This document shows, one piece after another, positions 32,793 through 42,411 of a stretch of 64,000 nt of DNA. The stretch covers positions 1,888,001-1,952,000 of the forward strand of contig CAVVXN010000005.1 in the NCBI GenBank assembly GCA_963752285.1, written 5' to 3'. Within the stretch, counting starts at the first letter, position 1; the number at the start of each line of letters is the position of its first letter. The stretch comes from an uncultured Planctomycetota bacterium (lineage in GTDB: Bacteria; Planctomycetota; PLA2; JAEUHO01). A model generated the notes under the pieces. It had not been told where the DNA came from. It worked only from the letters and a program-made list of their open reading frames with translations, and searched no databases. The position numbers were made by a program, and so were the translations under genes.

Positions 32793-34643
32793 TTGCACGA
32801 GGACCTGCGAGAGCGCCTGGCACGCGAGCCGCTCGTGGCGGACGGGGCGATGGGCACGATGCTCTACGCGAAGGGCGTCTACATCAACCGCTGCTACGAC
32901 GAGGTGACCCTCGAGTCCCCGGAGCTGGTCCGCGACGTCCACCGCGAGTACGTCCGAGCGGGCGCCGACCTCCTCCAGACCAACTCGTTCGGGGCGAACC
33001 CCGTGAAGCTCCAGCGGCACGGCCTCGCCGAGCGGACGGAGGAGCTGAACGAGCGCGCGGCGCGGATCGCCCGCCAGGAGGCTGGCGACCGCGTGTACGT
33101 CGCGGGAAGCGTCGGGCCGCTCGGCATCCGCATCGAGCCGTGGGGCCCGACGAGCGCCGAGGAGGCCACCGCGCTCTTCGGCCGGCAGGTCGAGGGGCTC
33201 CTCGCCGGCGGCGTGGACGCCTTCCTCCTCGAGACGTTCGGCGACCTGACCGAGGTCCGCGCGGCCATGGAGGCGGTCCGCCGCGCCGCGCCCGACCACC
33301 CGCTCGTGGTGCAGATGACGGTGGACCGGAGCGGCGCGAGCCTGTACGGCACGCCGCCCGAGGTGTTCGGCGCGCGGCTCCACGAGTGGGGCGCCGACGT
33401 GATCGGCGTCAACTGCGGCGTCGGCCCGCACGTGATGCTCGAGGTCCTGAACCGCCTCCGCGAGGTGACGGACCGTCCCCTGTCGGTCCAGCCCAACGCG
33501 GGTCCGCCCCGCCAGGTGGACGGGCGGACGATGTTCCTCTGCTCGCCGGACTACCTCGAGAAGTTCGCGCGCCGGTTCCTGGACGCCGGGGCCCGGCTGG
33601 TCGGCGGCTGCTGCGGGACCACGCCGGACCACATCCGCGCGCTCGCGAAGTCCGTGCGCCGGGGCCGCGCGACCGTCGGCGTCGGGGCCGCTCCCGCGCC
33701 GGCGCGCGCGCCGGCCTCCCCCCGTGGCGTCGAGCCGAGCCCCCTCGCGGAGCGCTCCGTGCTGGGACGGGCACTCGCCGAGGGGACGCGCCCCCTCCTG
33801 GTCGAGCTGCTCCCGCCGCGCGGCGCCGACCCCAGTCGCGTGCTCGAGAAGGCGAGGACGCTCCGGGCGCTCGGGGTCACGGGCATCAACATCCCCGACG
33901 GCGCCCGGGCCAGCGCCCGGATGGGGCACGTCGCGCTCGCCGCGCTCGTGCGGCGCGAGGTGGGCGTCGCGCCGGTGCTCCACTACTGCTGTCGCGACCG
34001 CAACGTCCTCGGGATGCAGGCCGACCTCCTCGGCGCCGCGGCGCTCGGGATCCGCGACCTGATCCTGATCACGGGCGATCCCCCGATCATGGGAGACTAT
34101 CCCGACGCGACGGCCGTGTTCGACGTGGACGCGATCGGCCTCACGAACCTGGTCTCACGGCTGAACCACGGCCTCGACCTCGGCGGGAACCCGATCGGCG
34201 CGTCCACGAACTTCGTCATCGGCGTCGGCCTGAACCCGACGGCGGTGGACCTGGAGCGCGAGGTCTCCCGCTACCGCTGGAAGGTGGACGCCGGCGCCGA
34301 GTACGCCGTGACGCAGCCCGTGTTCGACGTGGCGGCGCTCGACCGCTTCCTCGACCGCCTGGGCCGCCCGAGGATCCCGATCCTCGCGGGCATCTGGCCC
34401 CTCGCGAGCCTCAGGAACGCGGAGTTCCTGAACACGGAGGTCCCGGGCTGCAAGGTCGCGGACGCCGTGCTCCAGCGCATGGCCGCCGCGGGCGACGCCG
34501 CGGCCGAGCGTCGCGTCGGCCTCGAGATCGCGATCGAGATGATCGAGGCGGTGAAGGGCCGCGTGGACGGCATCCAGGTCTCGGTGCCGTTCGGCCGCGT
34601 CGAGGTCGTGGGCGAGCTCGTGGGCGCCGTGCGGTCCTCGTGA
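32793..34643 (+). CDS. yitJ: Bifunctional homocysteine S-methyltransferase / methylenetetrahydrofolate reductase (YitJ-type)
   Basis: ADGAMGT, GVNC, PNAG, GGCCGTTPDHI, then HYCCRDRN, ITGDPP, TQPVFD; TTG start after GGAG. Confidence 0.92.
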   Translation: MHEDLRERLAREPLVADGAMGTMLYAKGVYINRCYDEVTLESPELVRDVHREYVRAGADLLQTNSFGANPVKLQRHGLAERTEELNERAARIARQEAGDRVYVAGSVGPLGIRIEPWGPTSAEEATALFGRQVEGLLAGGVDAFLLETFGDLTEVRAAMEAVRRAAPDHPLVVQMTVDRSGASLYGTPPEVFGARLHEWGADVIGVNCGVGPHVMLEVLNRLREVTDRPLSVQPNAGPPRQVDGRTMFLCSPDYLEKFARRFLDAGARLVGGCCGTTPDHIRALAKSVRRGRATVGVGAAPAPARAPASPRGVEPSPLAERSVLGRALAEGTRPLLVELLPPRGADPSRVLEKARTLRALGVTGINIPDGARASARMGHVALAALVRREVGVAPVLHYCCRDRNVLGMQADLLGAAALGIRDLILITGDPPIMGDYPDATAVFDVDAIGLTNLVSRLNHGLDLGGNPIGASTNFVIGVGLNPTAVDLEREVSRYRWKVDAGAEYAVTQPVFDVAALDRFLDRLGRPRIPILAGIWPLASLRNAEFLNTEVPGCKVADAVLQRMAAAGDAAAERRVGLEIAIEMIEAVKGRVDGIQVSVPFGRVEVVGELVGAVRSS

Positions 34644-34661
34644 CCGGCGTCGCCGCGGGGG

Positions 34662-36479
34662 TCAGGGCCGGACGGGCGCGCCGTCCAGAACGCGTCGCGC
34701 CCAGAGCTCGAGCATGACGACCGCGTGGATCACGGCGCCGAGGTTCCGGCCGCCCCGCAGGTGCTCACCGAGGAGTCGGCCCGCGCCGGCCGTCGAGACG
34801 AAGCCCCGCTCGCGGAGCGGCCGGCCGAGGAGCAGGTCCTCCGCGAGGTCGCGCAGCGAGGTCCGGTAGAGGTCGTCCACCGGGAAGGCGAACCCGCGCT
34901 TCGGCGCGCGCGCGAGGTCGGGGTCGATCACGGCGCGGACGTACGCGCGGAGCACCTGCTTCTGGCGGCCGCGCCCGGGACCGCCGCGGACCTCGAGGTC
35001 GTGGGCCGCGCGGCGCACGCGCCGGTCGAGGAACGGGTGCCGCCCCTCCATGCCGTGCGCGGCGAGGGCGCGGTCCTCCTTCACGAGGAGGTCGTCGGGG
35101 AGGTAGTTCACGAAGTCGTCCGCCATCGCCTCGGCGGGCGTGTGGGGCGAGGGCCGCGGGACCGGGAGCCCCGCGCCCGCGAGGCGCGGGCCGAGCAGCG
35201 CGCGGACCTCCGGCACGGGCTGGAGCCGCAAGAGCCCGCGGTAGAGCCCCTGCGGGTCGCCCGACGCGCGGAGCAGCCGCGCTCCCGACGGCAGCGTGCG
35301 CTCGAGGACGATGCTCACGGGCTCGCGCACGAAGCCCGGCACGTGCCGGAGCCACGGGCCCGAACCGAGGAGCCAGTACCGGCGGTACCCGCCGAAGACC
35401 TCGTCGCCGCCCGTGCCGGTGAGGGCGACGGGCGCGCGGCGACCCGCCGCGAGGGAGAGCCCCCACGTGGGGATCGCGCTCGCATCGGCGAAGGGCTCGT
35501 CGAACGCCTCGGCGGCGCCGAGCACCCACGGGGTGACGTCGCGGGGGCACGGCACCTCGACGTGCAGGAGCGCGAGGCGGCGCGCGGTGCGTTCGGCCCG
35601 CCGCGTCTCGTCCACCGCGCCGTGCGAGGGATACGTGAGCGTCAGCGCGGGAACGTCCGCCTCCTCGCGCGCGAGGGCGGCGACGATCGCGCTGTCCACG
35701 CCGCCCGAGAGGAAGACGACCTTCGGACGGGGCCCCTGCAGGCGGTCGTGGACCGCGGCGCGGAGCGCGCCGAGGACGTCGTGCGGCCGGTCCTCGTGGA
35801 GCACCGGGGCGGGCACGCGCCGGGAGGCGAGACCGAGGCCCGGCCGGACCTCGAGGACCTCGCCGGGCGCGACGCGCCGGACGCCCCGGATCGCGGTGCG
35901 GCAGCTCGGCACGACCCCGTCGCGGAGCACGTCGGCGATCGCGTCGCAGTCGGGGTCGCGCCGCACCGCCCCCGTCGCGAGGATCGCGTCGAGCGTGGAC
36001 GCGAAGACGAGCCCCTCGGGCAGGAGCGCCACGACGAGCGGTCGGATCCCGAGGGGGTCACGCCCGAGGAGCAGGGGCCCGTCCGGAGCCCCGAGCCACG
36101 CGAAGGCGTAGCTCCCCTCCACCGCGGCGAGGCCCTCCACCCCGCGCCGCTCGAGCAGCGCGGCGAGGACCTCCGCGTCACCGTCGCCGAAAAACGGCTC
36201 GCCGTCCTTCTCGAGCTCCCGGCGGAGGGCGACGTGGTTGTAGATCTCGCCGTTCAGCGCCAGGCAGGCGCCCGACGGGCGTCGCGCCGGCTGACCGGGC
36301 CCGCCGGGGTCCACGAGCTCGAGCCGGCGGACCCCGACCTCGACCGGCAGGTCGCCGAGGCGGCCGTCGGCCCGGCCCAGCCCGTCCGGCCCCCGTTCGT
36401 GGAGGCGACGGAGCGCCGCGTGGAGCGGATCCTCGACCTTCGTGCGGATCTTCCCGACGAGGCCTGCGATCCCGCACAT
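34662..36479 (-). CDS. asnB: Asparagine synthase (glutamine-hydrolysing) family amidotransferase
   Basis: MCGIAG Ntn start, RGPDG, NGEIYNH, LSGGVDS, GGDEVFGGY, RHPFLD. Confidence 0.88.
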   Translation of the reverse strand: MCGIAGLVGKIRTKVEDPLHAALRRLHERGPDGLGRADGRLGDLPVEVGVRRLELVDPGGPGQPARRPSGACLALNGEIYNHVALRRELEKDGEPFFGDGDAEVLAALLERRGVEGLAAVEGSYAFAWLGAPDGPLLLGRDPLGIRPLVVALLPEGLVFASTLDAILATGAVRRDPDCDAIADVLRDGVVPSCRTAIRGVRRVAPGEVLEVRPGLGLASRRVPAPVLHEDRPHDVLGALRAAVHDRLQGPRPKVVFLSGGVDSAIVAALAREEADVPALTLTYPSHGAVDETRRAERTARRLALLHVEVPCPRDVTPWVLGAAEAFDEPFADASAIPTWGLSLAAGRRAPVALTGTGGDEVFGGYRRYWLLGSGPWLRHVPGFVREPVSIVLERTLPSGARLLRASGDPQGLYRGLLRLQPVPEVRALLGPRLAGAGLPVPRPSPHTPAEAMADDFVNYLPDDLLVKEDRALAAHGMEGRHPFLDRRVRRAAHDLEVRGGPGRGRQKQVLRAYVRAVIDPDLARAPKRGFAFPVDDLYRTSLRDLAEDLLLGRPLRERGFVSTAGAGRLLGEHLRGGRNLGAVIHAVVMLELWARRVLDGAPVRP

Positions 36480-36561
36480 ACCGCCTCCGCTCGCCACACG
36501 CGCGTCCCTGGGCGAGGGCCTTCCTATCATCGGTCGGACGCGCGCCCCCGATGGAGACGAG

Positions 36562-37050
36562 ATGGCATCCCCGCCCGTGAACACCCCGCCCACACCGTCG
36601 TCCCCGGCCGCGCCCCCCACCGACGCGGCCGCGATCCGCCTCGTCCTGTCCACGGCGCCGCCCGACGTGGCGGCCAGGATCGGCAGGACGCTCGTGGAGG
36701 AGCGCCTCGCGGCGTGCGTCCACCTCGTCCCGGGTCTTCGGAGCGTCTACCGGTGGAGCGGCGCCGTGAACGACGACCCGGAGACGATGCTCGTCGTGAA
36801 GACGACGACCGAGCGCCTCCCGGCGCTCGCGAACCGCCTCGAAGAGCTCCACCCCTACGAGGTTGTGGAGCTCCTGGTCCTGCGTCCCGAGGGCGCCTCG
36901 CCAGCCTACGCGGAATGGCTCCGGGAGGCGTGCGCGGAGGGGGTGACAGCCCCGGCGCGGGGCGCACCCGGGCCGGCGGGAGGCCTCGGCGCCGCAGCCC
37001 GGGAAATCGGGCTTTCCGAGGAGACCGGCGCGGTCCCCGATTCGCCTTAA
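36562..37050 (+). CDS. cutA: Divalent-cation tolerance protein CutA
   Basis: LVEERLAACV..SVYRWSG..KTT..LHPYEVVE. Confidence 0.9.
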   Translation: MASPPVNTPPTPSSPAAPPTDAAAIRLVLSTAPPDVAARIGRTLVEERLAACVHLVPGLRSVYRWSGAVNDDPETMLVVKTTTERLPALANRLEELHPYEVVELLVLRPEGASPAYAEWLREACAEGVTAPARGAPGPAGGLGAAAREIGLSEETGAVPDSP

Positions 37051-37098
37051 CCGGTCGCCGACAGCCGGTCGATAGGCGGGCGTTACCCGGGCGGGGCG

Positions 37099-38358
37099 GT
37101 GGTGCCCTCGCCGCCGGGGGTCCCCGTGCCCGACTCGCGAACGCCCGCCCCCGTCGCCACCCCCCAGGGCGCGCTCCGGCTGTACTACCGGATCGTGCTC
37201 GCGGCGGTCGCGACGGTGGTGGTGATCCAGCTGCTCCTGCGCCTCCTCTTCAAGTCGGGGACGAGGCTCACGGTCCAGCTGATGGTCGTGTACGGCGCCG
37301 TCCTCGTCCTGTCGTGGATCGGGTACGAGCTGGCGCAGTTCCCCACCAGCTCGGGTCGGCGACCGAAGGGCGGCCTGATCGGGGTCATGGCCTTGCTCCT
37401 CGTCGTGCTCTGCGTGGAGACGGGCGGCCTCGCGAGCCCGTTCTACATGCTGCTTTTCACCACCTGCGTGTTCGGGGGCCTCCTCCTCGACGCGCACCGC
37501 GCGATCGTCGTCACCGCGATCACCACCATCGCGTACGTGGCGACCACCTGGGCGTACGCCAGCCGGGGCGTGACGCTCCTCGAGGGGAGCCTGTCCGGCC
37601 TGATCGACGCGATGGTGAACGCGCCGCGCCTCGGCGCCGACGAGGTCAGCGCGCTCGTCGTGCACTCGGGGTTCCTCTCGATCGGCACGTACCTCGCACA
37701 GCAGTTCGCGACGAGCTTCCGCGCGCGGGTCGGACGGCTCGAGACGAGCGCGAACCTCGATCCGTTGACCGGTCTCGTCAACCGCCGGGGGTTCACGGAG
37801 AAGCTGCAGCTCGAGGAGGAGCGCATCGTGCAGCTCGACTGGCCGATCGCGCTCCTCGCGATCGACCTCGACCACTTCAAACGCGTGAACGACACGTTCA
37901 ACCACCAGGTCGGCGATGCGGTGCTCGTCGAGACGGCGCGCCTCATGCGCGACGCCGCGGGCCCCCTCGACCACGTGGCGCGGCTCGGCGGAGAGGAGTT
38001 CGCCGTGGCCGCGGTCGGCGTAGACGAGCGACAGGCGCGCGACCTCGCGGACCGGCTCGTACGGATGTTCCGCGTGCACGACTGGGACCGCGTCCAGCCC
38101 GGACTCGAGCGAATCACCATCTCCGTCGGCGTCGCGGTGCGTGCGGCGAGCCGCGGCCTCTCGCGTTACATCGACCTCGACGCGCTGATCGCCGAGGCCG
38201 ACCAGGCGCTCCTCCGCGTCAAGCGAAACGGTCGAGACGGCTTCCTCCTCGCCGGCGAGGCGCTCCGACCGGGCCCCGTCACGTCGTCCACGATCCTCGC
38301 CCGCATCGTGCCCGACGCGCCTCCGGCCGGTCGCGGTCGTTTCATCCGCCGCCGGTAG
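37099..38358 (+). CDS. Membrane-bound diguanylate cyclase
   Basis: About 6 N-terminal TM helices; DPLTGLVNRR, DLDHFKRVNDTFNHQVGD, RLGGEEF, TISVGVA; start uncertain (37099-37126). Confidence 0.9.
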   Translation: MVPSPPGVPVPDSRTPAPVATPQGALRLYYRIVLAAVATVVVIQLLLRLLFKSGTRLTVQLMVVYGAVLVLSWIGYELAQFPTSSGRRPKGGLIGVMALLLVVLCVETGGLASPFYMLLFTTCVFGGLLLDAHRAIVVTAITTIAYVATTWAYASRGVTLLEGSLSGLIDAMVNAPRLGADEVSALVVHSGFLSIGTYLAQQFATSFRARVGRLETSANLDPLTGLVNRRGFTEKLQLEEERIVQLDWPIALLAIDLDHFKRVNDTFNHQVGDAVLVETARLMRDAAGPLDHVARLGGEEFAVAAVGVDERQARDLADRLVRMFRVHDWDRVQPGLERITISVGVAVRAASRGLSRYIDLDALIAEADQALLRVKRNGRDGFLLAGEALRPGPVTSSTILARIVPDAPPAGRGRFIRRR

Positions 38359-38427
38359 CCACCCCGGCCCCGGCGAGGTGCGCGCGCGCCCGGCGGGCGC
38401 CGGCGCCCGCGGTACGATCGCGCGACG

Positions 38428-39069
38428 ATGTCGTCCGACGCCGCCCCGCCCGCGCCGTCCCGCGGGCCCGACCTGCCGGCGCCGAGCCGCCGGGAGCTGC
38501 TCTGCCAGACCGTCGCGACGGCCACGGTCGCGTGGCTGTGGTTCGAGGGGGTCCCCGACCCCACGAGGCGCCGCCGGGTCGTCGCGACCGCGCCGGACGA
38601 GACCCCGAAGAACCTCTCGCCGCGCGAGTGGGCGACGCTCGAGGCCGCACTCGACCGGTTGCTCCCCTCGGGCGAAGGCTTCCCCGGCGCCCGGGACGTG
38701 CATGCGATCGGGTACCTCGACGGCGCGCTCTCGGACCCCGGCGTCGATCCCGACCACGTCCAGCGCGTGCACGAGGGTGCGCGCCTCCTCGACGAACACG
38801 CGACCGCGCACGGCGCGGCGACGTTCGACGCGCTCCCGCCGGACCTCGAGGACGAGGGCGTCCGGTCGCTCGAGACCCCGTGGGCGCGACAGCTCGTCCT
38901 CCGCGCGCTCCTCTCGTTCGCGCTCGAGGCGTATCTCGGCGACCCCGTGCACGGAGGGAACCCGGACCGACGGGTCTGGAGGTGGGCCGACCTCGAGCCG
39001 GGCTACCCGCGGCCGCTCGGACCGTGGCAGCCGCGCGGCGCCGGGCCCCAGGCGAAGGACGACCGGTGA
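38428..39069 (+). CDS. Gluconate 2-dehydrogenase subunit 3 family protein (Tat signal)
   Basis: SRRELL twin-arginine motif; PGA..IGYLD; DPVHGGN..W..GYP. Confidence 0.85.
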   Translation: MSSDAAPPAPSRGPDLPAPSRRELLCQTVATATVAWLWFEGVPDPTRRRRVVATAPDETPKNLSPREWATLEAALDRLLPSGEGFPGARDVHAIGYLDGALSDPGVDPDHVQRVHEGARLLDEHATAHGAATFDALPPDLEDEGVRSLETPWARQLVLRALLSFALEAYLGDPVHGGNPDRRVWRWADLEPGYPRPLGPWQPRGAGPQAKDDR

Positions 39070-40724
39070 GCGAGTCCGTGGACGCCCTCGTCGTGGGGAG
39101 CGGCGCGGGGGGCGGGCCCGTCGCGGCCGTGCTCGCCGAGGCCGGTCTCTCGGTCCTCGTGCTCGAGAAGGGCGCGTGGTTCACGCGGAAGGACTTCTTG
39201 AAGGACGAGATCGTCGCCGCGCGGCGCGCGGTCTTCGCCCCGTCGCAGGCCGACGACCCGCACGTGTGGGATCGGGACCTGCCCGAGGGACGCCGCGCGT
39301 GGATCACGCGCGACGGGTGGAACGCCGTCGCCGTCGGCGGCGCGTCGAACCTGATGAGCGGCTACTTCCTCCGCGCGAAGCCGCTCGATCTGCGGCAACG
39401 GAGCGAGCTCGGAGACCTCCCGGGCGCGGCGCTCGCCGACTGGCCGATCCCGTACGACGTGCTCCGCCCGTACTACGACCGCGTCGAACGCGAGGTCGGC
39501 GTGTCCGGCCGGCACGTGGAGCACCGGTGGGCGGACCGCCGCTCGGGCGGGTTTCCCTTCCCGCCGACGCCGGAGCACCCCTTCGCCGACCAGGTCGATC
39601 TGACGGCGCGGGCGATGGGCCTCGAGCCGTTCCCGATCCCCCGTGCGATCCTGCCGGAGGACACGGACGACCGCCGGCAGTGCAACGACTCGGGCTGGTG
39701 CGCGGGCTACGGCTGCACGACCGGCGCGAAGGGGTCGAGCCGCGAGACGTTCCTCCCGCGGGCGCGCGCGACGACGCGCGCCGAGGTCCGTCCGGGGTGC
39801 ACGGTCCTCGCGATCGAGACCGACGACGCGGGGCGCGCCGTCGCCGCGCGGTACGTGGACGCGAAGGGCGAGGAGCGCCGCGTCGAGGCGGGCGTGTTCG
39901 TCGTGGCGTGCTCGGCGATCGAGAGCGCCCGCCTGCTCCTCCTCTCCACCGGTCCGCGACACCCGGACGGCATCGGCAACGCGAACGACCTCGTGGGGCG
40001 CCACCTCCTCTTCAGCACCTCGGGGGGCGCCTGGGGCGACTTCCCGTACGCCACGTTCGAGAGGCGCTGGCCGTGGCTCCGGTCGAGCGAGCCCTGGGTG
40101 AACCGCGGGCTCCAGGACTGGTACGTGATCGACGACCCCGCCCTCGGCCGCCGCAAGGGCGGGACGATCTCGTTCCTGCGCATGCATCCGAACCCGATCG
40201 CGGCGGCGATCGGCGAGGCGGTCACGGGGACGAACGTGATCTGGGGCCGCCCGCTCCAGTCCCGGCTCGCGTCGTACTTCCGCGACAACGCCCACCTCCG
40301 TTTCGAGATCTTCGGCGACTACACGCCGACGGCGGAGGGGCGCGTCCGACTCGACCCGTACGTGAAGGACCGTTACGGCCGTCCCGCCGCGCGCGTGCGC
40401 ATCGTCCGCCACCCCCGCGACGAGGAGAGCGCGCGGTTCCTGGTGACGCGCGGCCGCGAGGTGCTCGAGCGCATGGGCGCGCAGAACCTCCGCGTGACGG
40501 AGGTCGGCGGCGAGTCCACGAACCTCGTCGGCGGGACGTGCCGCTTCGGCGACGACCCCGCGCGCTCGGTCCTCGACCCCTCGTGCCGGGTCTGGGACTG
40601 CGACAATCTCTACGTCACGGACGGCTCCTTCCTCCCCTCGGGCGGCAGCGTGCCGTTCACGTTCACGATCTACGCGAACGCGCTTCGGGTCGCGGACCAG
40701 ATCGTGGAGCGGCACCGCGGCTGA
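39066..40724 (+). CDS. GMC family flavin oxidoreductase
   Basis: VVGSGAGGG..VLVLEKG FAD motif, SAIESARLLLLS, GTCRFGDDP..SVLD, NLYVTDGSFLP; GTGA overlap. Confidence 0.9.
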   Translation: MSESVDALVVGSGAGGGPVAAVLAEAGLSVLVLEKGAWFTRKDFLKDEIVAARRAVFAPSQADDPHVWDRDLPEGRRAWITRDGWNAVAVGGASNLMSGYFLRAKPLDLRQRSELGDLPGAALADWPIPYDVLRPYYDRVEREVGVSGRHVEHRWADRRSGGFPFPPTPEHPFADQVDLTARAMGLEPFPIPRAILPEDTDDRRQCNDSGWCAGYGCTTGAKGSSRETFLPRARATTRAEVRPGCTVLAIETDDAGRAVAARYVDAKGEERRVEAGVFVVACSAIESARLLLLSTGPRHPDGIGNANDLVGRHLLFSTSGGAWGDFPYATFERRWPWLRSSEPWVNRGLQDWYVIDDPALGRRKGGTISFLRMHPNPIAAAIGEAVTGTNVIWGRPLQSRLASYFRDNAHLRFEIFGDYTPTAEGRVRLDPYVKDRYGRPAARVRIVRHPRDEESARFLVTRGREVLERMGAQNLRVTEVGGESTNLVGGTCRFGDDPARSVLDPSCRVWDCDNLYVTDGSFLPSGGSVPFTFTIYANALRVADQIVERHRG

Positions 40725-40747
40725 CGAGGGCACCGGAGGTCTCGCGG

Positions 40748-41029
40748 ATGCACGTCGCGACGCTCGAAGTGAGGCTCCACATCCCCGAGGCGGACTCGCT
40801 GAAGGAGAAGCGCCGGGTCGTGAAGAGCATCCTCGACCGGGCCCGCGAGCGGTTCTCGGTCGCGGCGGCGGAGGTGGACGAGCAGGACGTCCACCGGATC
40901 GCCGTCCTCGGCTTCGCGGCGGTGAGCGGGAGCGCCCACCACGCGCGCGAGGTCGTCCTGAAGCTCCTCGACGCCCTCCACGTCCACCCGGCCGCGCGGG
41001 TCATCGAGCACGAGCTCGACGGCTGGTAG
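40748..41029 (+). CDS. DUF503 (YlxP-like) protein
   Basis: SLKEKRRVVKSI..RFSVAAAEVDEQD..LGFAAVS. Confidence 0.88.
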   Translation: MHVATLEVRLHIPEADSLKEKRRVVKSILDRARERFSVAAAEVDEQDVHRIAVLGFAAVSGSAHHAREVVLKLLDALHVHPAARVIEHELDGW

Positions 41030-41068
41030 CGCGCGCGCCGCGGGGGACCGGCCTCCGCGCCCGCCGGC

Positions 41069-41767
41069 TCAGAGCCGCGGGCGCATCTCGGCCCAGAACG
41101 CCGCCGCGATCTGGGCGTAGCCGTCGTTGTTCGGGTGGAACCCGTCCACGAAGAAGAGGTCGCTCGTGAGGACGGCCGAGGCAAGGTGGACGAGGACGTA
41201 CCCGTGGGCTTGGACGGCCGTCGCGATCTGGTCGTTGAACGCCTGGACGCGCGCGGGCGTCACGTCGGGGTCCGGGTCGTTCACGAACCGCGGCGCCTGG
41301 GTGAGGTCCGGCAGGTCGCCCACGAAGACGAGGGCGTGCGTTCCGTTCTCGAGCGCGCCGAGGCACTGGTCGAGCGCGACGCCGAAGGCCACGGGGTCGG
41401 CCCCGCCCACCACGTCGTTCGCACCGGTCCAGAGCGTCACGACGTCCGGGTCGGCCGCGAGGGCGGTCGGAAGCTCCTCCGCCACGATCTGCCCGATCTC
41501 GGCCCCGTTGATGCCGAGGTTCACCAGCGCGGTATTCGCCGGCAGAGCCTCGAGGTCGCCCTGGAGGTCGTACACGTAGCCCTTCGTGAGCGGCACCGCA
41601 CCGATCCCCACGGCATCCGACGCGCCGAGGGCCACGTAGACGATCGACCGGGGCGAGGAGGTCGCCGACGACCCGCCGCCGCCGCACCCGACGAGGAGGA
41701 GGGTCGAGAGGACGGCCGGGACGACGACGCGCCGGGGTCGCGGGGCCGGGGGACGACGAAGGATCAC
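41069..41767 (-). CDS. SGNH/GDSL hydrolase lipoprotein
   Basis: Lipobox LVGC; YVALGASDAVG, NLGING, GAND, DGFHPN. Confidence 0.88.
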   Translation of the reverse strand: MILRRPPAPRPRRVVVPAVLSTLLLVGCGGGGSSATSSPRSIVYVALGASDAVGIGAVPLTKGYVYDLQGDLEALPANTALVNLGINGAEIGQIVAEELPTALAADPDVVTLWTGANDVVGGADPVAFGVALDQCLGALENGTHALVFVGDLPDLTQAPRFVNDPDPDVTPARVQAFNDQIATAVQAHGYVLVHLASAVLTSDLFFVDGFHPNNDGYAQIAAAFWAEMRPRL

Positions 41768-41832
41768 CCCGCGAGGGTATCCGACCCGTCGCCTTCGTGG
41801 TCTCCCCGCACGGGTCGTGGCATCGTGGGGCC

Positions 41833-42399
41833 ATGTACTCGACCAGCGACCTGAAGAAGGGCCTCGTCGTGGAGCTCGACGGGGTCCCCCACCTCGTGGA
41901 GTCCGTCCAGGTCTCGGCCCCCACCGCACGGGGGGCGTCCACGATCACCCGCGTCCGGCTCCGCAACCTCAAGACGAGGCTCAAGACGGACCGCTCGTTC
42001 CGCGGCAGCGAGACGTTTCCGGTCCCGGACTTCGAGCGGCGCCCCTGCCAGCTCCTCTACGAGCAGCACGGGACCTACCACTTCATGGACCAGGAGTCCT
42101 ACGAGCAGTTCCAGCTCCCGAAGGAGGCGCTCCAGTGGGAGTCGAACTTCCTCCACGACGGCCTGGAGGGCCTGATCGCCTGGCACAGCGCCGGTGAGAT
42201 CCTGGGCCTCGAGCTCCCGCCGAACGTGGTGCTCGAGGTGACCGACACGCCCCCCGCGATCAAGGGGGCGTCCCAGTCCGCCCGCACGAAGCCCGCCACC
42301 CTCTCGACGGGCTACGTCGTGCAGGTCCCCGAGCACGTCACGAACGGCGACCGTCTCAAGATCGACACCACGGAGGGCGGGTTCCTCGGCCGGGCGTGA
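41833..42399 (+). CDS. efpL: Elongation factor P-like protein EfpL/YeiP
   Basis: EF-P motifs YHFMDQESYEQ and KPATLSTG..VQVPE; tip loop PTARG; SARTKPA. Confidence 0.85.
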   Translation: MYSTSDLKKGLVVELDGVPHLVESVQVSAPTARGASTITRVRLRNLKTRLKTDRSFRGSETFPVPDFERRPCQLLYEQHGTYHFMDQESYEQFQLPKEALQWESNFLHDGLEGLIAWHSAGEILGLELPPNVVLEVTDTPPAIKGASQSARTKPATLSTGYVVQVPEHVTNGDRLKIDTTEGGFLGRA

Positions 42400-42411
42400 C
42401 GGGCCCGAACG

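Noticed and set aside
34660..34672. 13-bp direct match GGTCAGGGCCGGA to the tRNA-Phe 3' region (59239-59251), suggesting attL/attR of a 24.6-kb island
   Set aside because: Short and GC-rich, overlaps the asnB stop codon, no integrase, and the enclosed genes have host-like composition; plausibly chance
30711..34717. 1090-aa (-) and 1158-aa (+) ORFs
   Set aside because: They overlap two well-supported genes in other frames and have low-complexity translations
34725..40724. 1999-aa ORF in the track
   Set aside because: Only 39066-40724 (GMC oxidoreductase) is real; the rest is an Arg/Pro/Gly-rich shadow over asnB, cutA, the GGDEF gene and the Tat subunit
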